From the NCBI GenBank assembly GCA_000002445.1, contig CH464491.1, positions 896,001-960,000 on the forward strand: a stretch of 64,000 nt of DNA, given 5' to 3'. A program made the position numbers and the translations under genes. Below are positions 11,008 through 23,000 of this stretch, in pieces (positions within the stretch are counted from its first letter, which is position 1; every line of letters begins with the position of its first letter). The DNA comes from Trypanosoma brucei. Lineage: Eukaryota. The notes under the pieces were generated by a model that did not search any database, was not told the DNA's origin, and worked only from the letters and a program-made list of their open reading frames with translations.

Positions 11008-14000
11008 ATGGCGAAGGGCGACAAGGAAGAGGCACCCGTCGATAGGCGTGTTCAGTGGCTTGAGCAGCGCATCATTACCGGGTTAAAGGCCAAACCGGTA
11101 GAGACGCGTAAGCTCATTGACAATGAGGAGAGCCGTGGGCAGATTACTGAGTTTCTTGACACAACGGATGCTCAGCACCTGTATGTATACCAGCAGTCTG
11201 GTGGGCTGCTTGTTGCTCGCATAGACGCACCGGAGGAACTTAAGAAAAAGGGCATGTATTTCTCCAAGAAGAAGCGTGAGAGAATTAGTGACGAGCAACA
11301 CATGAGGGGATGTATTGTCTTTGGTGATCTGTGTCCCGACGCACTTAACGGTCTCAATTCGGTGACGCGGAACGTTTACGCGGAACTCATTAAGAAAGAG
11401 AAGCGGAATGTAAGTCAGATACCTGATGTTGCTGTTGCGGAGCTTATGGAGGACACTAACAAGCTCTTGGCGCATATGTTAGTGACACTTGGGCTTAGTC
11501 AAGGAAAAACTCTCCTTCCCTTGCCTCCCGTACAACTACCGTCGAGGGTTGGCGATGGCCCCTTTGATTCAGAGTTCATTTATCAGCTAGAGAGCTCCAT
11601 CATTGCTTGGACAACGCAAATCCGTGCGGCGATAGATTCATCCCCAGAAGATATGATTGACTGTGGCTCTGAAAAAGGGATACATCCCGGACCACTCAAC
11701 GAGATAGCCTTTTGGAAAGGTAAAGTGGATAATTTGGCCAACTTGGAACAGCAGTTGTACTCTGTGAAGGCGCTGAAGATTTTAGTAATCCTGAAAAAGT
11801 CTCAGAATGGTTACTACCAACCATTTTCTCAGCTCATGAGCGAGCTTAAAGAGGCATCTATCGAGGCACGGGACAATTACCGCTTTCTCAAACCAATCGA
11901 AGACGAATTCGCCGCCATGTGCCCCACCTCTCCGGGTCATTTGGAGTTTACCCAACTAGCGTCGAGCGGAACCTTCCAGAGGCTTTTCCACTATCTGTTT
12001 CTTTTGTGGACTCAGTCGGGATTCTACAACACATCGACGAGGTTGGTCGTATTGCTTCGTCAAATGTGCAACGATCTCATTTCTATGGCAATTGAGTATG
12101 TGAACGTTGAGGAGTTTGCAAAAGGCTTTGAGAAAAAAGATGCCATTGCACGACTTGCAGAAACTCTCTCTATTTGTGGCCAGTTCAAGGCAACATATTT
12201 CCACTACAAGTCCCATGTAGCAACAGTGGCGAAACCTTGGAACTTCCAAAATTCTGCCTTCTTCTCGCGACTTGATGTTTTTCTGGAACGGTGCCATGAT
12301 CTTATGGACATTATGGAGACGGCTGTTCTATTTGACAAGATGGAGAATATCAAGGTTGGTGGTACGAAGAGCGTACTGCACACCAGGGAAGCAGAAGAAA
12401 TTAAGGCCGAATTTGATACTGCCTATTTCAAATTCTATGGTGTCGAGTACAACTTGCTGGTTCCTGACGAGACGCGATTTGAGGCCGATTACTGCGAAAT
12501 TCGGGACACAATTCGTGAACTCGAACGGAGACTCGGCACGATCCTCGTAACCACTGTTGACGACGCCAAAGCTATCTCAGAGGTATTCAAGGCGGTTGAC
12601 ACGTTTGACGGATTTACTGATCGCACTGTTGTTCAGATGGAGTGGTCAAAGAAGCAAAAGGTTGTCTTAGAGAGTTTCTACCAGGATCTTATCGAGGCCC
12701 AGGAGACATTTTATCAGGGTGACTCGTCCGCAGCTTATCCCAACATACCACCACTTGCAGCGGCCGTAGTCAGATGCAGTGCCCTGTTGGACCGAATCAA
12801 CGAATCTTACTCTCGTGTCAGCGAACTTTCCAGTGCTGTTCTTGAAAGCGAGGCTGGTAAGGAAACTATGGACCTGTACGAGACGCTGAAAGATACCCTG
12901 AAAGAGGCTATCCGCAAGAAATATGAGTCGTGGTGTGGTGACGTTGGGCATATCAGTATGGAAAAGCTTAAGTTACCGCTGTTGGAGGTGGACGAAAGCA
13001 ATAAACTAAAGGTCAACTTTGATGATGCGCTTGTGAAGACACTGAGAGAGGTGTACTATTTGGAGGTGATGAATTCTTTTGATGCTCGTGATCGGCAGAA
13101 GCTTGAGGTCCCCCCTGAAGTTCAATCCGTTTTTGAGAGGCGTGAGAAGTACCGCTCTCAGACTATAATGCTCGAGCACGTTAGCACGACTTACAACGGC
13201 TTTATGAGTTCTCTGCGTCACGAAGACGAGAGACCGCTTATCCAAGCCGAGTTAACTGCCTTTGAGAGTGTAATTCAACGGGGAACGACGGAAGTGCGGT
13301 GGCAGGATGGGGACGAAGTTGACGCATTCATTGACCTCGTTCTGAAGAAGGTGGATGCAATCAGCCGTGTCGTTACATCTTTCCATTCCAATGTTCAGCA
13401 GATGGTAGAGTCGTTGGAAGAATATCGCAGGACCGATAAGCTTTTGCCCATGAATCGCGCGGATGGGGCGAAGACAATGTCTGAGCATGAACTGAGGAAA
13501 ACCTTTGAAGAACACTTCAAGAAGAGACATCGCGATATCGCTGAGAGAGGGGAGTGCATTCATGCACTGCTAAATGAGAGCTTTGAAGCAGTCAACGAGC
13601 TCAAACGGAGTGAGGGCTCGCCTCTGGTTTCCCGTGATTCTGAGGATTGGCAGAAGTATGTGTCATATGTGGATGGCGTCGTGACAAAGGCAATAAATGA
13701 ATCGGTCATCCACTCTCTGACGTGTGTGCGGGATCAGCTCGACCCCGAGTGGATATCAGAGAATGAAGGTACTCCGTTGGTGGACGTACGGCTGATTATT
13801 ACAAAGGGGGGGCCAAATGTAACTGTGTGCTCACGATACGAGCCACACATCGATTGCGAAGGATCCAGTGAACACTCTATTCGAAGCATAGTGAATAGCT
13901 TCATAGCAAACGTCGGGGCGGGAGCTGGGCTCATTAAACCGTTGGTTGACGGCCGCAGCTATTCCGAAGAGGCAGACAATAATGAGGATGTCCAACGTCT

Positions 14001-17000
14001 GAAGGGTGAGATCGATGCGCTCTTGCGTCAAAACTTCGAGGCTTGTGAGGAGTATCGTTGCAGTTTTGATGAGTTCAAGCATCTGTGGGAGACCAACAGG
14101 AAGGCATCCTTCGCAGCCTTCTTGGAGAAGGACCAAGTCACCAAGTTCCACTCCAGTTTAACGGACGAGGAAAGCGTCAAGGAAGTCGCACCCGTTTCCA
14201 AGGAGTACTTCGGCGTTAGCCTGCAAGACTTTGACAAGGCCATCACAGAATACGAGCGTATCGGTTCGAGGATCAATGCCACAGAAGAAAGGCACATTGA
14301 AGGGTTTGTGTCAATTGACGTAAAGCCTCTTCGCGCAGCCTTGCGTGACACATGTAAAAAGTGGAAGGATATGTTCTCTGACTACTTAATGAACAAGATT
14401 AAGTCCAATCTTGAAGATCTTTATGCTTTCATGAACGAAGCAGATGAGGGTTTAGACGTCGAAGTTCTTGATGGTAATGTGGAGTCGTTGAAGTGCGTTA
14501 TGAGGTGGATCAGAGATTGCCGAAGAATGAATAAGGAGGTGATGGGCGACGATGAAGGCGGCGAGACTGGAGGAATGTTTGCCCCCATTCAAGCGGCGAT
14601 ACGTATGCTGAAAAGTCACGCGAATACTTCATCCTCACTTGATGTCGAACTAGCGAATATTGAGAAGCTTGAAGAGCTCCGGAAGCCGGCACCCGAGCAA
14701 TGGGTCGCACTTAATAAGAAGGCACTGAACGTACGGGCGCAGAACTCCATTGTCCAGGACAGGGAGGCAGAGAAGGTGAAAGAGCAGGTTGTGCTATTTG
14801 AGGAATCACTGCGTCAGGAGGCGGCGGAATTTAAGCAGTTGAACCTCTTTAGCTACGCCATTGACAGAGAGATTGTCTACATCGAGCTGGATAAAACTTA
14901 CAACCACTTCTTGGATATTGAGAAAGAGGCAAGGAAACTCCAAGACTTGCAGGAGTTGTTTGATTTAAACCCATCCCTTTTTAAGGAAATACGAGAATGC
15001 CGAGTTGAGTTGATGATGCTAAAACAGGTGTGGGATCTTAATGAGCACGTCATGTCCCAGTTTACTGACTGGATGAAGTCAACGTTTAAGGATGCTGATG
15101 TTTCGTTGTTTGAAGATGAATGCAAAAAGCTGTCAAAGCAGCTTCAGCAGCAGCCCTTGAAGGTAAAATCCTGGGAGTGCTTCAAGGGCGTTGATGAACA
15201 GGTGCGTAACATGAGGACATCACTTCCCCTTTGTCAGTCTCTTAGTTCACCAGCTATGCGTCCCCGGCATTGGAACTTACTAGTTACGACAACAAAGCAA
15301 CCCGGCAGTATCGACCCTGATGCAAGTGACTTCACGCTCTCAAAACTGTTTGCGCTCGGTCTCCACAAGTTTTCCGACGAGGTGGCGAATATTGTTGAGA
15401 AGGCCGAAAAGGAACTGCGCATTGAAACTAACCTGAACAAACTAATCGGAATATGGGAAAAGATGATTTTTACGTACACTGTGGATGAGCAGCTGAACAC
15501 CCACCTACTGGGTGCTGTTGATGATGTCGTGGAGCAGTTGGAAAACGACAACAACGCTCTCTCTTCCATGCTCTCCGACCGGTTTGTGGAGCATTTCTAC
15601 GACAAGGTACTCCTGTGGCAGAAGAATCTCGGTATGGTGGACACTTGCACTGGTAAGTGGGTGGAGATACAAAGGCAGTGGATGAATCTTTTCCCCATCT
15701 TTGTGTTGTCTGCTGACATCAAGGAGCAGCTGCCGGAGGATGCAAAGAACTTTGCCGAAGCAGATCGCGTTTTTCGACTGCTCATGAGTAAGGCCCACAA
15801 GTACACCAACGTCATTGAGGTTGTTTGCAGTGATGTCTTGAAAAATGAGGTGGGACGGGACGAAGGACTCGAGCACACCCTCAATTACATACAGAGTATC
15901 CTTGTTCAGTGTGAGAAATCTCTTGCTGATTACCTCGAAACCAAGCGCAAAATATTCCCGCGCTTCTTCTTTGTGTCTGCCACTGACCTTATCGACATCC
16001 TTTCTAAGGGTTCGGATCCGCGGGCGGTGATGGTGCATATGAGCAAGATTATTGACTCAGTCGACACCTTCTCTTTTTCGGATAATCCCAATCCCCAGGC
16101 TGGACCGAAAGACGCATACGAAATGATATCCGTACAAGGGGAGAAGGTGGCTTTGGCAGAAGATTTCACATGCGAAGGCCCCGTTGAAGTGTGGCTGAAT
16201 GGTCTCATTGGTGCGATGTGCAAGGCCGTCAAGAAGCAAATCAAGGAGGCGAATGCGAGCTACGTTGAGAAACCACGTAATGAATGGATCTACCAATATC
16301 CCTGCCAGGCGGTTATTGTGGCATCGCGTATTTGGTTTACGACTGAGGTCCACCAAGCGTTTATTCAAATAGAGGAGGGAAATGATATGGGTATGAAAGA
16401 TTTGCTCAAAAATCAGAAGGTCCAACTCGACAGCTTGATCAAGGAGGTACTAGTTGACCGAACGTCAAATGAGCGTAAGATGCTGGTCCATCTCATTACC
16501 ATCGACGTCCACAATCGCGACATCGTTCAAACGATGGTTGATGAACGTGCTGACGCTGTTGACGCTTTCTGTTGGCAATCGCAGCTTCGCTATTACTGGG
16601 ATGATGCGAAGGGCAACGAAATTAGGATAGCAGATGCTGAGTTTATCAATGGTTACGAATACATCGGTTTGTGTGGCTGTCTGGTGATCACAAAGTTGAC
16701 CGATAGGTGCTATATCACCCTAACTCAGGCCCTTAGGCTCAAGAAAGGCGGTGCACCCGCTGGCCCTGCCGGTACGGGTAAGACGGAGACCACAAAGGAT
16801 CTTGCGAGGAACATGGGTATTGCGTGCTATGTGTTCAACTGCTCAGATCAGATGAATTACATTACCCTTGGGCAAATTTTCAAGGGGTTGGCGATGTCTG
16901 GTTCCTGGGGTTGCTTTGACGAGTTTAATCGTATCTCCATCGAGGTGTTATCTGTCGTTGCTACTCAGGTTGGTTCCATTCTTAATGCACTGAAGGAGCA

Positions 17001-20000
17001 GAAGAAGCGGTTCCGCTTCATGGATGAGGAGATTTCAATCACACCCTCGGTGGGTATGTGGATTACCATGAATCCGGGTTATGCTGGTCGTACAGAACTT
17101 CCCGAAAACATCAAATCGCTCTTCCGACCATGCGCTATGGTCGTCCCTGACCTCAAAAATATTTGTGAAATTATGTTGGCTGCTGAGGGCTTTGGTGACG
17201 CCAAGGATCTCGCATTGAAGTTTGTCACCCTTTACCGTCTAAACAAAGAGCTTCTCTCACCTCAAGACCACTACGATTGGGGTCTCCGTGCGGTCAAGTC
17301 TGTGCTTTACATTGCTGGTGCTCTGAAGCGCGGCGATCCGGACATCCCTGAGCGCAATGTATTGATGCGTGCGTTACGTGACACCAACATGGCTAAACTT
17401 AGCAAAGATGATGTGTACGTCTTTATGGGACTTATCCGTTCCCTCTTCCCCAACTTGGATGTGCCTAAGAAGGACAAACCAGAACTTGCCGCAGCTTGCA
17501 AGGAAGTATGCCGTGAGCAGGGGAACCTTCCGGGTGAAAACGATATCTTCATCCTAAAGTGCGTGCAGTACGAAGAGCTGTTACACGTGCGCCACTCCGT
17601 GTTTGTCCTTGGACCTGCGGGTAGTGGTAAGACGGAGTGCTGGCGATGCCTCCAGGGTGCTCTCACAAAGCTGCATAAGGATGAGTGGAAGGCGAAAGCG
17701 GTGGCATCTTGCCTTAACCCTAAGGCAATCACATCTAATGAATTGTACGGCTACTTTACGCCAAACAAAGAGTGGCGTGACGGTGTCTTGTCTACAATCT
17801 TTCGTGACTACGCATTGGAATCAAAGAAGAGACGCAACATGAAGTGGATCGTTTTGGATGGTATCATTGACGCAGAATGGATTGAATCGATGAACACTGT
17901 GATGGACGACAACAAGATGCTGACACTTGTGTCCAACGAGCGTATTCCGTTGACAGACTCCATGCGTATGATTTTTGAAGTTTCCCACCTTCGTAACGCT
18001 TCTCCAGCCACTGTTTCTCGCGCTGGTGTTGTATTCATCAATGAATCCGACCTTGGTTGGGGGCCCTTCAAGGACAAGTGGATAGCATCAAGGGACAGAC
18101 GTGAGGGAGCGATGTTTGACAGTCTGTTTGATAAGTACGTTCCGTTCGTTTTTGAATTCTGGAAGCGTAGCATGAAGCCCATCGTTGCTGTTATGGACAT
18201 CAATGTCGTACAAACTATCTGTTTCCTTCTAGAGGGTATATTTGGGCGGATGCAACAAGAAGAATTATCAAAGAACCCGAATGTATTCGATGTGTGTGAG
18301 AAGTACTTCGTGTTTGCCGTTATTTGGGCCTTTGGAGGGCCACTTCCGGGCTCAGACGGGCGCGTGGATCAGCGTATGAACTTTTCCAACCAGTGGAAGA
18401 AGGAGTTCCCTAATATGAAGATCAGTGACACAGGTTCTGTCTTTGACTTTTATATTGATAAGAAAAAGGATGAGAACGGGGTTTATCAGTACGAGTGGCG
18501 GCCATGGAGCGAGCTTGTGCACCCATACGTACCCGATCCGGACAGGCAGCTTTCCACGGTTTCTGTGCAAACTGCCGACGGTGTCCGCATGTCGCACCTC
18601 ATGAGTTTGCTTGTGGATAATGCAAAGTCCGTTATGCTCGTAGGAACTGCGGGAACAGGTAAGACGAACTTGATCATGTCAAAACTTAGATCGTTGAACG
18701 GTGAAGAAACACTTTTCCGTGTAGTTGCCTTTAACGCGCGAACGTCGTCGAGTGGTCTTCAAGCAGTGATGGAACAGTCATTGGAGAAGCGCTCGGGTCG
18801 TACGTATGGACCGTTTAATCGCAAGAAGCTTGTCTTCTTCCTTGATGACATGAACATGCCTGCACCAGACAAATATGGAACACAGGAGGCCATTGCTCTA
18901 CTGCAGCAACACGTCAACTACGGCTTCTGGTATGACCGTGTTAAGATTATTCAAAAGGAAGTGGTTGATTTGCGTTATGTTGGCGCAATGAACCCCAAAT
19001 CCGGTACGTTCACCATCTTAGACCGTCTGCTGAGGCACTTTGCTCTCTTCTCGACCAACATGCCTGAGCGAGCGGATTTGGTGAGTATCTACGGTCAAAT
19101 TCTTCAAGCGCACACAAAGGACTTCCCTCGCGATATACGCGACGCGTTCACCAAGATAATTACGAATGCAACTATCGAGTTGCACCATTTGGTGGCCAAA
19201 CAGTTCTTTCCGACCGCCGTTAAATTTCACTACCAATGGAACATGCGTGAAATGTTCAATATATTCCAGGGGCTCTGCAAATCTCATCCAAAGATTCACA
19301 CTACTCCCTTACAAATGGCTCGCCTCTGGGCTCACGAGTGCAATCGTACTTTCCGCGATCGTATGTCGGAGACAGAGGATATGAATCGCTTTGATGCGCT
19401 GTTTGTTGAGGTGATTTCCCGCGCCGGTTTCACTGACATCCAACCGAAGGATGTGCTCCAGGAGCCACTGCTCTGGGGTCCCTTCCTTACGTCTTCCGAG
19501 GGTGAAGAAAACGTGTACGAAGAGTTCACTGTGGACGCGGCACAATCATATCTCATCAAAAAGTTGGATGAGTACAACGATAACTACGCTCGTATGGACC
19601 TTGTTCTGTTCAACCAAGCTGTGGAGCACCTCTGTCGCATTGCTCGTATTACGTCGAATCCCCGTGGTAACGCGCTACTTGTTGGTGTCGGTGGTTCTGG
19701 CAAACAGTCGCTTGCACGTTTGGCTTCTTATATTAATGGTCACGACATTTTCCAGATTCTTGTGACGAGTAGCTATGGTATCGCTGAGTTCCGTACGGAT
19801 ATGCAGGAACTCTACCGCAAGTGTGGTTTGAAGGGATATCCTTTCGCCTTCATCATCACCGACACCCAGATAGTATCTGAAGACATGCTCGTTTACCTGA
19901 ACGATATGCTTGCTAGCGGAAATGTCCCAGAGATGTTTAACCAAGATGAGCGAGAAGGTATTGTGGGATCCATAATGAACGAGGTTAAGGTTGCCGGTTA

Positions 20001-23000
20001 TGCGGACTACTCCAATCCAGATACCTGTTGGGAGTACTTCATCAACAAGGTGAGGTCGCACTTGCATATCATTCTCTGCTTCTCCCCTGTCAGTAAACAT
20101 TTTGCTGTCTGGTGCCGGCAGTTCCCTGCACTCGCCAATACAACCGTCATTGACTGGTTTCTGCGTTGGCCAGAGCAGGCTCTCAAGTCCGTCGCAAATC
20201 GCTTCTTATCGAAGATCGAGCTTGGCGGGCCGGAGATGACAAAGAATATCGCTGACTTCATGGCTTTCTGTCAGGAGAAGGTGACGGAGATGTGTGAAGA
20301 ATATTATGTTCAGGAGAAGCGACATGCTTACACAACCCCCAAGTCGTTCTTAGAGCTTATCGCTTTTTATAAGGAATTGCTTGGGAGAAAAAGAGAAGAC
20401 CTCAACGACAAAACGCAGCGCTTGGTTAGTGGTATTGACAAAATCAAGGAAGCTGGAGTTCAGGTCGCGGCTCTGCAAGAGGTCCTCCATCGCGAGAGCC
20501 AAGAGGTGGAAGATGCGCGTCAGAAGACCGCAGCACTGATGGAAACTGTGGGAAGGGAGAAGGCAATTGTGGAGGAACAAAGTACGATTGCTGCAAAGGA
20601 GGAGGAGAAAACCAATAAAATCGTTGCAGAGGTCGAAACTTTTGAGAGAATGTGCTCTGAGGATTTGGCCAAGGCCAAACCGCTCGTGGAGGAGGCCCTC
20701 GCTGCCCTCGATACGCTCGACAAAGCGTCAATATCAGAACTTAAAAACCTTGGTAAACCCCCTGTGGACGTGCAAATGGTAGCCATTTGTGTTCGCGTGC
20801 TGACATCTAACCCGCGTGCTATTCCTTCTGTAAAGAACCGCACGTGGGCGGAGTGCAAAAAGATGATGAACCAGGTCGATCGTTTCCTAGCAGAGTTGAA
20901 GGGATTTGACGTGAACAACATCCCGCAGGTTTGCATTGACCAGATTCAGATGTATATCACAAACCCTGCGTTCGACCCCGAAATCGTGAAGACGAAGTCA
21001 TTTGCTGCAGCAGGTTTGTGTAAGTGGGCTGTCGGTATCAACAAATACCACTTAGTCCGGTGTGAGGTTCGCCCCAAGGAGGAGCGGCTTGCTGAAGCAC
21101 AAGAGCGCTTGCACCAGAGCAAAACTGCGCTCAAGAAAGTTCAAGACAAGGTGGCTGATCTCAATTCGAAGCTTCAGGCGCTGATTGCGCAGTATGATGA
21201 AGCAGTGGAGTCTGCCAACGCGATTGAGAGGAAAGCGAAGAAGACGATGCTAAAGATGGAGCTTGCTCAACGTCTGGTGTCTGGTCTTGCCGATGAAAGT
21301 GTTCGATGGGGAGATACTATTGAGCAGTTACGAAAGGCAGCGGACCTTCTGGTGGGTGATGTGCTATTGGGCGCTTCATTTGTTTCTTATATTGGACCAT
21401 TCTCAAAGGTCTTCCGTGAGCGTATCGTAACTGAGGAGTGGCTTCCTATGGTCAAGCAGTTGGGTATACCGATGACGGAGGACCTTGATATCACCATGAA
21501 TGTTCTCACATCCGAGGCGGCGGTTGCGTCCTGGAACAACGAGGGGCTTCCCTCGGATAAAGTTTCCACGGAGAACGGTGCCATTGTGACTAACTGCACG
21601 AGGTGGCCTTTGATCATCGATCCACAGCTTCAGGGCGTGAAGTGGATTCGCACGCGTGAGGAGAAGAATGGCCTGAAGGCTATCCAAACCACTCAGAAGA
21701 CGTGGCAACGCACCCTGCAGACGTGTATTGAGGAGGGGCTTCCTTGTCTTATTGAGTCGCTTGGTGAGTTCATTGAACCTGTGTTGGATGGTGTTCTCAG
21801 CAGGCAGACATTCAAAAAAGGTGGTCGTCTTTTCATTAAACTTGGCGCAACTGAGGTAGAGTATAACCCCAACTTCCGATTATTTTTGCAGACTAAGCTT
21901 GGTAACCCAGCATACGGTCCAGAGGTTAACGCACAGACGACTCTAATTAACTTCATGGTGACGGAAGTTGGCCTTGAAGACCAGTTACTTGCAGTTGTTG
22001 TTAACCAAGAGAGACCGGACTTAGAGAAGAAGCGGGGTGCATTACTTCGGCAAATGAACACTATGACAATTGAGCTACAGAAGTGCGAGGATGGACTTCT
22101 TTATGAGTTAACCAACGCAACCGGCGACATATTGGAGAACATATCCCTTATCGAGAACCTGGAGAACACGAAAAAGAAAGCAAAGGATATCAATATATCG
22201 TTTGCTCAGGCGGTATCCACTCAGAAAGATATTGCGCAAAACCGTCTCACATACACTTCTGTCGCTGTGCGTGGTTCGCTTCTGTTCTTCCAGATTGATC
22301 AGCTTTGGAAAATCGACCACATGTATCAGTACTCACTGGAGGCTTTCATGGTGGTGTTTAACAAAGCGCTGGCAAAGGCAGTACAACCAGAAGATAAGAA
22401 GGACGTGGCGAAGCGTGTGGAAAATGTCCTCCGATCCATTATGGAAACAGTCTTTGCGTATGTCTCACGTGGTTTGTTCGAACGCCACAAGCTAATCCTT
22501 TCCAGTTTGCTTACCTTCGCAATTCTTCAACAACAAGGTGAGATCGATTCGAAACAGCTGGACTTCCTTCTGCGTGGCAAAAAGAAGACGGGTATATTGA
22601 GACCTGAAACCGTTGTGGAATGGTGTCCTGAACCTAACTGGGCTGCAGTGCAAGCCCTTGCCGATGTGGAGGGATCAGTGCCACCGTTCAATCTGTTGCC
22701 CGGAGATGTCACGGAAAACAACCGTTGGAGGCAGTGGGCCGAAACCGAGAAACCAGAGGAGGAAAAGATGCCGTCAGAGTGGAAGAATTTAACTCAATTC
22801 CAACGCCTTCTCGTTCTCCGGTGTCTGCGTCCTGATAGGCTAACAGCTGCCCTCGAGACTTTCGTTTGCGACAGCATCGGCCGCTTCTTTGTTTCGGATC
22901 AGGCCGTTGATATATCTGTTTCTATCAACGAGTCTACAACGACGACACCGCTCTTCTTCATTCTTTCCCCCGGTGTAGACCCGGTTCGTGCGGTAGAGGA